This document shows positions 10,650 to 20,611 of a stretch of DNA of 64,000 bases, piece after piece. Origin of the DNA: a virus; IMG/VR virus record IMGVR_UViG_3300035458_000037, positions 1 to 64,000 of that record; one strand, given 5' to 3'. The position numbers were made by a program, and so were the translations under genes. Numbering within the stretch: the stretch's first letter is position 1; each line of letters begins with the position of its first letter. The notes beneath the pieces were generated by a model, which saw nothing but the letters and a program-made list of their open reading frames with translations, made no database searches and was not told the DNA's origin.

Positions 10650-10677
10650 GCAAAAATAGACATAATCTTGTTACAAT
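10650..10677 (+). promoter_or_regulatory. Conserved phage promoter
   Basis: GCAAAA...TGTTACAAT, same spacing. Confidence 0.7.
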
Positions 10678-10713
10678 ATAATTGAGGGTAATGTTACCCT
10701 GTTCGGAGGCTTC

Positions 10714-11052
10714 ATGTCAAATAGGGGATTCTACGTCTTCACTACTATTAATAGTGCAAGTGTGGAATTAAAAGAAGAACCCAAACTGTTTGACTTAATC
10801 AGAATGAAAATGCATCTGGAAAATATGTGTGGCCTCATGGGGAATATGAGTGCTACAGCATTGGCGTGCGTTACTAAAGATGGTATGCGGGAAAAAGTTA
10901 GTGTGCTATCAATCGTGATGGTTTTCAAGAAATCATTATCAGAAAAGAATAAACAATCTCTAAGAGCAATTGCCGTCAAGTTTTGCGATGATCCCTCTTG
11001 TGAAGAAATTCAATATTTAATAAAAATGTTTAAAGAATATCACAATTATTAA
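10714..11052 (+). CDS. Hypothetical protein
   Basis: GGAGG RBS; single gene between promoter and terminator. Confidence 0.7.
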   Translation: MSNRGFYVFTTINSASVELKEEPKLFDLIRMKMHLENMCGLMGNMSATALACVTKDGMREKVSVLSIVMVFKKSLSEKNKQSLRAIAVKFCDDPSCEEIQYLIKMFKEYHNY

Positions 11053-11094
11053 ATTAATAAATTAATAAATTAATAAATTAATAAATTAGTAAAT
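11050..11094. repeat. AT-rich tandem repeat, 8-bp unit TAAATTAA, about 5.5 copies
   Basis: Read directly from the sequence. Confidence 0.9.
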
Positions 11095-11110
11095 CTATTT
11101 ACCATAAAGG

Positions 11111-11137
11111 AAAAAAGATTCTTGCGAATCTTTTTTT
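11111..11137 (+). terminator. Intrinsic terminator
   Basis: AAAAAAGATTC-TTGC-GAATCTTTTTTT. Confidence 0.7.
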
Positions 11138-11150
11138 CTTTATGTATCTA

Positions 11151-11178
11151 GCAAAAACCCCAGTCTTTTTGTTATAAT
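11151..11178 (+). promoter_or_regulatory. Conserved phage promoter
   Basis: GCAAAA...TGTTATAAT. Confidence 0.75.
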
Positions 11179-11227
11179 TCAATTGTGGAGTTATAGTAAT
11201 TCCACCTTACAACCCAAAGGAGTTTTT

Positions 11228-11920
11228 ATGTTTAAGTCTTACGATAAGATACCACATCTAATGTTAAGTAAAGTTCAACCGGGAGATAGATTTTTGGAAA
11301 CATCATTTGTTAAAATAGCAACTGAGAAATCTAGAGATGAACATGATAGGATTATTGTATCTGAATTAATGGATGGATTACATCTTGCTGTTTGTAAAGA
11401 GAACGGAATTATTATCCCTAAACTTAGAGATGGATCATTAGCTTCTACTCTCAAAGAAAAGAGTATTGAAATATTTTTGACATGGATATCTAAGAATGAA
11501 CATGTATTTAAAAATCTTCTTCAAGATGGAGAAAGATTATGCGGAGAATGGATGACCCAACAATATGGAACAAGTTACAAGGATCTAGTTGCGCGTTATT
11601 TCATTTTTGATATAATAAGAAATGGGAAGAGGGTTCTTTTTGATGAGCTTTCTTCGAGAATTAAATCAATAAATTTTCCAGAAATTAAAATGGTTCCGAT
11701 CTTGTTTGATTCGAATCGTGCAGTTGATATCCAGACTGCACTAGCTAGATTAGGGAAGATGGGAATGTGTAATGCTCTTGATTATCCTGAAGGTGTAGTT
11801 TATCGAGTAGAGAGAAAAGGAAGCGTTGAATTTTGCGCCAAGTTTGTATGTCTCAACAAAGATAAGTATGCACATGTAACTGGTAATAAGGTGGCATGGA
11901 ACTCATTTGATATTAAATAA
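11228..11920 (+). CDS. RNA ligase (Rnl2-like) homologue lacking the motif I lysine
   Basis: IPHL, IIVSELMDG (canonical EKxDG), LCGEW, FIFDI, EGVVYRVER, AKFV. Confidence 0.75.
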   Translation: MFKSYDKIPHLMLSKVQPGDRFLETSFVKIATEKSRDEHDRIIVSELMDGLHLAVCKENGIIIPKLRDGSLASTLKEKSIEIFLTWISKNEHVFKNLLQDGERLCGEWMTQQYGTSYKDLVARYFIFDIIRNGKRVLFDELSSRIKSINFPEIKMVPILFDSNRAVDIQTALARLGKMGMCNALDYPEGVVYRVERKGSVEFCAKFVCLNKDKYAHVTGNKVAWNSFDIK

Positions 11921-11990
11921 TTTAAATATCTTGACTTATCTCTAATATGAATTATTCTACCCTGCGAGGGTTCCTGTGCGGAGGCATTCC

Positions 11991-14051
11991 ATGCGGTCCT
12001 TAATCTTGATCCTCACCCTTTTTATGGCCTGCACACCAGCTGACTCAAAGCGGCCTTATCCGGTGTCTGCAATAAGCCAGGAAGAATACAAAGCCCACCT
12101 AGAGCGTAGGGCGCACCAACCCAAACTCCCCCTCGCAGAAATAAACGTAGGAGGCCCTGAAGATTCTGATCTTGAGGAAGTCGAAGGCATAAACCTTTTC
12201 TCGTATCTGAATTTCAGGGCCTGTGGGGGCATAGCTGGGTGGAATCAGAACCTCTATAACCCTCATAATAATGGATGCATATGGGCATCTACTGCAGCCT
12301 GCTCTATCATGCGTGGCCTCAATATTTCCACCCCACAACTATTTTCTGTGGAATGGTTCAAATTGAGTTATCCGGAAAAAGCTAAGTCTAATAAACCTAT
12401 CAATAATGATGTATATTCTTTTGCAAATTGGTATAATGATAATCCAAAATTCATGCCATGGTATTGTGGGAATACCCCTTCAATCAATGGGGTTGATCTC
12501 ACTATACCGGTGAACACTGTTACTGCACATGAGATTCCGACACAAGGTGTTTCACAAGCTCAAGCTATAGCGAACATTAAAGCTGCCTTAGATGACAATA
12601 AACCTGTGGTAATGACGATCTATCTTCCAGGGGGAGGATGGGAGGATTTCTTTAAATGGTGGGACAATTCACCTGAAAATGTAGCTTACGCCGATATTGA
12701 TAAATTCAATGGTTATCGTTTCAGAATGCCAGTCAGCTCGCACAGTGTATGCATCATCGGTTACAACGATACCAGAGAGACTTGGGTAATCCTCAACAGC
12801 TGGGGCACTACCCCTGGAAGACTCCATGGCCTCTTTGAGCTGCCTCAGAACATGTGCTACGGCAGCACCATCACGTACGGGCAGACGCCAATTCGCCAAT
12901 ATGAGTTCGATATCCTGAAGGTGAATTGGCTGGCCGCCATGATTACGCACCCGGCGCCAAACACCACGGTAACCCCAGAGTCAAGTGTATTCTTTTCAGC
13001 ATTAAAGAATCAAAGTTCTACGATCCTCTACACCTGGGACTTCGGCGATGGCACCAGCCTTTCAGATCCTCACCGCCCAGACACCACCCATATCTTTCAC
13101 AAACCTGGGAGCTACAAAGTTACCCTCAAAGTCAACAATATTCTTGGCGGGGAAACCTCTGATTCTCGGGTGCTCATCGTTCAACCTTATCTGCGTCAGC
13201 ACCCATTTTCATATTCACATCCACTTCAAAAGAAAGGAGCTTTAGACGAGTGGATCTGGGGTTTGACGACAGATGACCCAACCGTTAAAACAAGTCAACA
13301 GATTAATTCCTTAAAATCGTTTTCTACAAGAATGACCTTAAGAACAGTTTTTGACCCAGGAATGACCGCAGATTACTATTTATCTTCGGTCAAATCTCTC
13401 TCAAATGTTTCTGATATAATGGGGCTGCTCGTTGATTCTTATGATATGAAAACAATAGATTTAGAAGATATAAAGAATAGAGCCGAAGACTTTATTAGTA
13501 CATTGAATCCTTATGTAAAAATTTGGGAGATTGGCAATGAAGTAAATGGAGATTGGCTGGGTGATGGTGTGATAGAAAAGATAGAAGCCGTATACGATTA
13601 CGCTAGAAACTCAGGTAAAAGCACGGCTCTCACGCTTTTTTATAATGCGGAAGACAGCTCTCAGATGGTTGAATGGGTTGATGAAAATCTTCCTGTCGGA
13701 CACAGGATGAGAGGTGGCTTAGATTATGTATTTGTTAGCTATTATGAGCAAAGTAATAATAATCATAAATTAACTCAAGAAGAAGTTAACTTAATATTTA
13801 ATCAATTAGCAGTTAGATTTCCAAACTCAAAATTGGGTTTTGGAGAGTGTGGCTGGACTGGCACTCAGAAGGTTTCTGATGCTAACAGGATTGCTTTCTA
13901 CAAACGTTTTTATGCTTTGAGATGCCCAGAAGTTCCATTTTTTGTAGGAGGTTATTTCTTCTGGAACTTCAGGCAAAAAATGGTTCCGAAAACAACAGTT
14001 GACTGGAAAACTCTTAATAATATGATAAAGAAAGGAGCCAACACCTATTAG
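11991..14051 (+). CDS. Lipoprotein: papain-like C1 peptidase + PKD + glycoside-hydrolase-like TIM barrel
   Basis: Lipobox LFMAC; GCIWAS, HSVCIIGYND, WVILNSWG; YTWDFGDG...HKPGSYKVTL; WEIGNEVNG and GFGECG. Confidence 0.75.
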   Translation: MRSLILILTLFMACTPADSKRPYPVSAISQEEYKAHLERRAHQPKLPLAEINVGGPEDSDLEEVEGINLFSYLNFRACGGIAGWNQNLYNPHNNGCIWASTAACSIMRGLNISTPQLFSVEWFKLSYPEKAKSNKPINNDVYSFANWYNDNPKFMPWYCGNTPSINGVDLTIPVNTVTAHEIPTQGVSQAQAIANIKAALDDNKPVVMTIYLPGGGWEDFFKWWDNSPENVAYADIDKFNGYRFRMPVSSHSVCIIGYNDTRETWVILNSWGTTPGRLHGLFELPQNMCYGSTITYGQTPIRQYEFDILKVNWLAAMITHPAPNTTVTPESSVFFSALKNQSSTILYTWDFGDGTSLSDPHRPDTTHIFHKPGSYKVTLKVNNILGGETSDSRVLIVQPYLRQHPFSYSHPLQKKGALDEWIWGLTTDDPTVKTSQQINSLKSFSTRMTLRTVFDPGMTADYYLSSVKSLSNVSDIMGLLVDSYDMKTIDLEDIKNRAEDFISTLNPYVKIWEIGNEVNGDWLGDGVIEKIEAVYDYARNSGKSTALTLFYNAEDSSQMVEWVDENLPVGHRMRGGLDYVFVSYYEQSNNNHKLTQEEVNLIFNQLAVRFPNSKLGFGECGWTGTQKVSDANRIAFYKRFYALRCPEVPFFVGGYFFWNFRQKMVPKTTVDWKTLNNMIKKGANTY

Positions 14052-14061
14052 GAGGTAATAC

Positions 14062-14463
14062 ATGGCCATTTTTTATAAACAGTCTGAACGAAAGCGTAAC
14101 TTGATACATACCGCTTTTGTAGCACTTGCATTATCGGCTTTATCAGTGAGTATTTGGTATATGTTGTCAAATGCTCATGAGACTCTAGAGATAGGGTCCA
14201 CTGATTATGAAAATATATTGCAAACAAAGATAATGTGGTATAAACTTAAATTCTCTGTTGGGTTAGTTGGTATTGGGACTTTGGCCGCTTACCTATTATT
14301 TCAAGCTGTTTCACATTCTCCATTGGGAGCTTGCATGTGGATTTATGATAAGGAAAAAGATTGCCCACATGTAAAAGCTGCAAAGACATTATCAATGGGG
14401 GTTGTCTTTGCTTCATTTGTCATGGGAATGTTTTACGTGGTATCATCTATAATTGGGAGATAA
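14062..14463 (+). CDS. Three-TM membrane protein (possible holin-like partner)
   Basis: Three hydrophobic segments; adjacent to the transglycosylase. Confidence 0.6.
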   Translation: MAIFYKQSERKRNLIHTAFVALALSALSVSIWYMLSNAHETLEIGSTDYENILQTKIMWYKLKFSVGLVGIGTLAAYLLFQAVSHSPLGACMWIYDKEKDCPHVKAAKTLSMGVVFASFVMGMFYVVSSIIGR

Positions 14464-14470
14464 TAACACG

Positions 14471-15055
14471 ATGAAAAATTCGTCCATAGTTAAGGCTATT
14501 AGGATTGTTATCATCATGACTGCTTTTCAAGCAGTCATGATGGCCCAATTTTCTCCCAAGGCTCCTAAAGTGGCTCCTGGATGTGTCGTGCCATACCAAA
14601 AGACTTTTGTAGAAATTAATTCTAGACTATGGACAATGCGTGCAGCTCAAGTTTGGTGTGAGAGTAACTTTAATCCACGAGCAAAGTCTTCGGTTGCTCG
14701 TGGATTAGCTCAATTTACAAATGGTGCATGGAGGACATGGGGGGTAAAAGGTAAAACCCCATTTGATCCTTATGCTGCTTTAGTATCTCAAAATAAATAC
14801 ATGGGATATTTAGAAATACAATGTGACAATAATTTAAATGCGGCAACTGCAAGTTACAATTGTGGACTCGAAAATGTTATTCGTGCTCAAAATCTCGCCA
14901 AGCGTTTGCGATTGGGAGGACAGGATGCCTGGCTGCGAACGTTACCAAGAATAACTGGAAGACACTCAAGAGAGACGATCAACTACATTTCCAACAATAA
15001 AAAGAAACGTAAGATTATTCAAGATCTCTTGAATCAAAAGCGGGGAAAAAAATAA
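14471..15055 (+). CDS. Lytic transglycosylase (SLT family) with N-terminal signal/anchor
   Basis: CESNFNPRAKS, ARGLAQF, ASYNCG, ETINY motifs. Confidence 0.85.
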   Translation: MKNSSIVKAIRIVIIMTAFQAVMMAQFSPKAPKVAPGCVVPYQKTFVEINSRLWTMRAAQVWCESNFNPRAKSSVARGLAQFTNGAWRTWGVKGKTPFDPYAALVSQNKYMGYLEIQCDNNLNAATASYNCGLENVIRAQNLAKRLRLGGQDAWLRTLPRITGRHSRETINYISNNKKKRKIIQDLLNQKRGKK

Positions 15056-15073
15056 TTTCATAGGAGTCGTGTC

Positions 15074-16892
15074 ATGGCGTTTATCGCTCTTAGTGATTCT
15101 GTAGTTGTGTCTGATCCTTATTATTATAAAGGATCAGTTTTTTGTTTAAGACTAAATATTAAATCAGGAACATGGTCTTGTAATAAACATCGCAATAAAG
15201 ATACTCATGGATTTGTAATACGTTTAGAAAAATCTTATGAGATGACAATATTAGATGATTTTCAACCATTACCATTTTATCTAATATCTAATTCAGGAAA
15301 GATTGGCATATTCGATAGTTCAATTTATCCATCTTTAGAAAGTATCGAAGAAGGAACTGACGATTTATATGAAACATGTTGCAGTAAATTCAGTGAATAT
15401 GATATGGTTGCACCCATAAAAGAAAAAGGTATTTGTATGCTAGGTCCACAAGAATCCATTTATGCTATCTCAATCGCAATGGATAATGACAAACATATAG
15501 TTGGTGTAAAGATGGATTATTTAGGAGAATCGCACAATGACAGAGGACGACATTTGCGGTATATGCGGACTGCCATGTGCGAATAAGAAACCGCACGAAT
15601 GTTACTGGCCGGGTGAAAAACGTCCTAATACTCCAATGGTTCACAGTGAATGTGAAAATGAAGAATGTGAAAGAGCATTCTTAGCTCTACCAGAAGATGT
15701 GATATTTAAATCCATCTTAGAAGGAGATCACGATGCGTAAAAGGAGGGAATATCAAGCTGCTTAAAGAAATCGCGGAGTTCATTGCAAATGTCGTTGACG
15801 GATTGATAGGTCTGTGTCACGATTTAATCAGTTGCATTAAACGTAAATAGACTCGGGAGGAAAGATATGAAGATAGAAACAATTCTCGAAAAGCTTGCTG
15901 TGGGAGAAACTGTAATCTTAAATACAAACGAATATATTTACGTTGATCATCTATGTCATTGTCAGGCCAAGATTCCTGAATCACACATTTCTATTATTGG
16001 TAATAGACTGACGATAACACCCATCCAAAAAAACTTTATTCCGTCAATTACAACGGAACAGAAATGCGACCTATGATTATATTTTGCCAAGTCATTTTTG
16101 TAATCTATGCATTAATAGGAATAGCTATTCCTGTATATGGAATATACTTTTTAATAAAAATATTTAATAAGAGAAACCCAATGTTCTTATGCGAATATTT
16201 CAGCATGCACTTAGCACCAGAGAAACCCATTGAATACAAAGGAAAGTTGTGTGGTATTTGTCCTAGATGTTATCGGACAATATATCTGTGTCGAGACTCG
16301 TGGAGAGAGATGGAGTTCTGAAATGGAAGATATAGGAAAAGTGTGTGAAAGATTATTTAAATCTTCTGCTGGAATGGGTATTGAAGGACCATTTATAGAA
16401 ATGGATCAAATAACATTAAGGTTAATGATAACTCAACTCGAAGATCAGTTTTTTGAACATGAAGAAGATAAAGCTACATTAATAGGATTGATAACAGAAT
16501 CACCAGTAGATCCCGGAAGATTTGGTATGATTATGTTATTTCCAGAAATAGCTGGATTATATAGTGCGAAAGATATAATGGATATTTTCAATGTTTTGAG
16601 TGTATGCCCACTAACTTTGGCTTCATTTATAATTGTGCAGGCTAAATCAAATAAAATGTCTCCATCTAAGTTTATATATAATCTTGAGAATATTTATAAT
16701 TATGATAATGATGAATTTGAAGATACACTTTATGTGATTGCTAGACAAAAAGATTTTATGTTACATAGATATACTCCATATAAGTGTAATGAAAACGGCA
16801 AATTTATTCGTTCTGGTCTTACAATATCTAGAGACTCAATAGAAAATGATATACCAACTACATTTTTTATTTCTGCACCTGCAAGAAACTAA
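15074..16892 (+). other. Cluster of small hypothetical CDS (15074..15586, 15537..15740, 15867..16076, 16064..16321, ~16323..16892)
   Basis: Consecutive + strand ORFs with RBSs. Confidence 0.6.
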
Positions 16893-16908
16893 TCTTAAAT
16901 GTTATAAT
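16881..16908 (+). promoter_or_regulatory. Conserved phage promoter
   Basis: GCAAGA...TGTTATAAT. Confidence 0.75.
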
Positions 16909-16940
16909 ATGGTTGTAGGGTAATTATCCTATTAGCCAGG

Positions 16941-16979
16941 CTCCCGTCGTTTCCACTCCTTTCCGGCGGGAGTTTTTTT
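16941..16979 (+). terminator. Terminator-like hairpin in the ndk leader
   Basis: CTCCCGTCG...CGGCGGGAG followed by TTTTTTT. Confidence 0.7.
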
Positions 16980-16994
16980 AAGTTGTAAGTCTAC

Positions 16995-17429
16995 ATGGAG
17001 AATAAAATGAACCCTTGGTTTAAAGTTCAAGTAGTGCGTTGTATCCCAGGTAATATTACCTGTGGAATAATCAAACCTGATGCTTATGATGATCACAAAA
17101 GCATCATAGATATGATAGAATACGATTACAAATTTTACGTATCGAATATAGTTCCTCGTATATTTACAGAAGATGATGTAAGAGCACTTTATTATCGTCA
17201 TATTAATAAAGACTTTTTTGAAAGAAACAAAGAGTTTCTCATGAACGGGCCATCGTTATGTATGGCAATCTCCGGGCAAGATGCACTCAAAATTTGGAGA
17301 TGTGATATAATGCCCAGAATACGAGGTGATGTTAGCACATTGAAAGATCATGAAAAGCATTTAACAAAAGTTCATGGTTCTGATTCTGAAGAAAATGCGT
17401 TTAGAGAACTTCAATACTTTTTTGGATAG
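16995..17429 (+). CDS. ndk: Nucleoside diphosphate kinase
   Basis: IIKPDA and VHGSDSEENAFRELQYFF catalytic-His motif. Confidence 0.9.
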   Translation: MENKMNPWFKVQVVRCIPGNITCGIIKPDAYDDHKSIIDMIEYDYKFYVSNIVPRIFTEDDVRALYYRHINKDFFERNKEFLMNGPSLCMAISGQDALKIWRCDIMPRIRGDVSTLKDHEKHLTKVHGSDSEENAFRELQYFFG

Positions 17430-17437
17430 GAGTAGCA

Positions 17438-18524
17438 ATGCGAACCACGGTTATTATCGCAAAACGTGCCAACAGTTTTATATCGACCGTATCTGGTCAA
17501 CACGGAGAAGGTCATTCAGAACAACCTGCTGGAAACTCTATTGAAGAAGCTGCCACTACAGCAGAAAAACTCATGAATGAATATGCAATAAACAATCCGG
17601 AAGGGGGTGACTTAATAGCGCCTGAGAAACTAAGAATCCTAGTCCCAGAACATCTTCGTATTGTGAAAGGAGTGTAATAATGGAGCGCCTGAATGAATAC
17701 TGTGTATATAAATATACTGATGGTTTAGGAAAACATTTTTATAGAATATGGAAGAAAAGATGGTGGCTTCCGATTTATATTCCGATGTTTTTAGAATGTC
17801 CAGATGAGTATGAAACTTTTAGTGAGACACAGTTAGTTATCGATGGAAAGAATAAAGAGTATCTTTCGAAGAAACGCATTTGCATGGGCGTTGCTCGCAA
17901 GGAATTATTACCTGAAAATTATAAAATTTCATCCAAGTTTGATATGAATGGTAGAACATTAGAAGAAGTTATGTTCATAATGAATAAAATATTTGATCCA
18001 GCCACAGGAACTGTAACAGGGTTTTTTAATATAATGCATTCTGAATTAAATCCGAATCAAGCTGAGATAATAGTTAAAAGATCATTCAGCGAAGATAGAC
18101 CTAAGATGAATAAATTCTTTCCAAACTTAGAATATTTGGATGCAGCATTATTATTACTTTCGTATGAAATCGATAGAAATAGCGATAGTTTTGCAGAGAA
18201 ACTTGCTGAAGATATAAAGAGTTTTGGGAAGGTTGTAAAATGAAAGATCTTTATACAGATATATTATTTGTATGTTTGATGTTAAACAATCAATCTCTAT
18301 CATGGAGATCAAAAATAACATCAAATGGAGATGATCTTACAGACACGTTTATTGGAGGTATCAGTTTAAATACCGGAGCTATATCAAGAGAATTGGATGG
18401 TAAATTATGGCCATTACTAGATAGATCATATGTTAGAACTTTACCACAAGCTTTTCGTGTAAGTGTAAAATCTAGTGATGAAGAAAAGTTAATAAAATGG
18501 GCGTTGGACAGTATAACCAAATAG
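17438..18524 (+). other. Three hypothetical CDS (17438..17677, 17680..18243, 18240..18524)
   Basis: Coupled ORFs with RBSs. Confidence 0.65.
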
Positions 18525-18532
18525 GAGGAAAG

Positions 18533-20170
18533 ATGTTTGTCGCGTCGTCAACAATGAACTTACAACTGAAGGTTCAGGAATCACCAGAATACATGGAATT
18601 TGTAGCCACACTTCAAAGGTCAATAGATGAGCTTCTGCCGGATGAAGGACCAGTTTTTACTACAAATGCATCTGGATTGTTTAAAGTTTATCTCATGAAT
18701 TTAAGTCCAAATAATCGTCAAGAACATAATTGTCATACTTGCAGAAGATTTTTCGAAAAGTATGGAGGATTAGTTACAATCTGTAAAGAAACTGGATTTC
18801 AAACGCCATTGTTATGGTCAAAAAATCATTACTATGGAATTAATTATGATCAAGCAGTTCAGGTTCTTCGTGAGATTGTTAAGAGCGCCATGATAACCGG
18901 TGTCTTTTATGATGACAAGAAGGAATGGGGTATCAAAGAAGCGGGTGGTAGAGGACATTTTATTGTATATCCCAAGCCATTCATGATATTCAAAGACAAA
19001 CTTAAGACTCCTGAAGAAGCCATGGCTGAGAAACTTGAAGATTGCAGTATGCTTAGTAGAACATTGAACATTTACAAATTAAAAGATATCCAAGAGGCTT
19101 ATGATATATTAGCGTCAGACATATTATATAGATCCGACAAAGTTATTGGTCCTATGAAATGGTTTTTGGATTTGAAAAAGCAGATGAAACCATCTGTTAC
19201 TATCTCGCAACGTAATAATTTGATCTGGAGAGCCGCAGCCACCGCGCCACCCGGCTTCTGCCATGTCAGATCATCCATGGCCGGATCACTGCTTGAGGAT
19301 CTTGAGCAGGGCTACCCCCTGGAGGACGTGAAGAGAAGGTTTGCTGCAAAGATGCAGCCAGATCAGTACCTGCGCCCCCAGGCCCCTGCCAGTGCCGGTA
19401 ATGCCATCCAGGGGGAGAAGATCATCAAGAAGTTGGGATGCACTCTCTCCCTTTCACGGCGTTACCTACAGTTGGATGAGGTCAAGTATCTTCGGAAGTT
19501 TCGAAAGCTTCCGCCTCCATTTCGTAAACGGCGTCCGACAGGCGTATTTAAAGACGTGGTTTCCGAGCCCAGGATGGCCCCAGAAAGCTCCAGAATCGGT
19601 GACCCTAGTAAAGGGTTCCAGACCGTTAATATCACGTGGAGGAAATTTAGAGAGACGTTTCTTCCTCAGGTAACTCAAATGGAAGTTTTTATCCGATCTC
19701 AAAAATATGCATTTATCGCTTTAACAACTGCTGTTTATGCAGATGCACCACCAATTCTAAAATGGGATTCAGAAGAAAAAAGAAATCCTGTTTCTAGTTA
19801 CGTTTATACCTATGGATCATATCCTGGCAGTTGGGGTCTAAAAGGAGAGACTTTTGTTGAAGTAATTGGAATATGTTTTAATCCAGAATGTTGGCAAAAA
19901 GAGCAGGAAAATAAGAGTATAATATTCTTGTTAAAGGATGCAGAAGATTCTGGTAGTGATTCATGTGGGTTAGCATTATTTCCAGAAAATCTCATTTCTG
20001 AATTACATTCAATTAGATCTACGATTGAAAAATTCAGTAAGGGAGGTAAATTGAAAAAGGTTGATAGTCCAGCTTGCGGAGTTTGTTTCGGTGATGGTAA
20101 TTGGAATATTCTCTTGAGAGTAAAACTTCTAAACTATGTTAGGGATTTCATAATCGATAGGTTCGATTAA
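18533..20170 (+). CDS. Conserved large-phage hypothetical protein
   Basis: 545 aa; HNCHTCRRF metal motif; GGAGG RBS. Confidence 0.8.
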   Translation: MFVASSTMNLQLKVQESPEYMEFVATLQRSIDELLPDEGPVFTTNASGLFKVYLMNLSPNNRQEHNCHTCRRFFEKYGGLVTICKETGFQTPLLWSKNHYYGINYDQAVQVLREIVKSAMITGVFYDDKKEWGIKEAGGRGHFIVYPKPFMIFKDKLKTPEEAMAEKLEDCSMLSRTLNIYKLKDIQEAYDILASDILYRSDKVIGPMKWFLDLKKQMKPSVTISQRNNLIWRAAATAPPGFCHVRSSMAGSLLEDLEQGYPLEDVKRRFAAKMQPDQYLRPQAPASAGNAIQGEKIIKKLGCTLSLSRRYLQLDEVKYLRKFRKLPPPFRKRRPTGVFKDVVSEPRMAPESSRIGDPSKGFQTVNITWRKFRETFLPQVTQMEVFIRSQKYAFIALTTAVYADAPPILKWDSEEKRNPVSSYVYTYGSYPGSWGLKGETFVEVIGICFNPECWQKEQENKSIIFLLKDAEDSGSDSCGLALFPENLISELHSIRSTIEKFSKGGKLKKVDSPACGVCFGDGNWNILLRVKLLNYVRDFIIDRFD

Positions 20171-20193
20171 TCCCTATCATCAATTTTAAAATA

Positions 20194-20219
20194 AAAAGCA
20201 CCTGTAATGGGTGCTTTTT
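20194..20219 (+). terminator. Intrinsic terminator
   Basis: AAAAGCACC...GGTGCTTTT. Confidence 0.7.
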
Positions 20220-20583
20220 ATTTTTCGGAGATGCAATGAACAAAACAGCACAACAAGTAATTAACGAAATGTTGAATGAAGATCTAAATGAACTTGAGAC
20301 TAGGAAATGTAGTTCATTTCTAGTTAAGGCATTTCCTTTAAAACTCCAGGTAGAACAAACTATAAAACTGCCATTAGGATGTAACATTCTCACATTATTG
20401 ATTGATCCAGAAGATATTAAACTATATGTAGAATATGATAATAATGTTGAGCATTATACCGAAAGAAAATTTGCTATTTACGCAGATGAACAATTTTTTC
20501 ATCATAATTATAATCGTGCTTACGTAGGAACTATTCAGAGATATATGATGCCAACAATTCATGTTTATGAGCTATTAGGCGAT

Positions 20584-20611
20584 GCAATAAAATAACGAAA
20601 AATGTTATAAT
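20584..20611 (+). promoter_or_regulatory. Conserved phage promoter
   Basis: GCAATA...TGTTATAAT. Confidence 0.75.
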
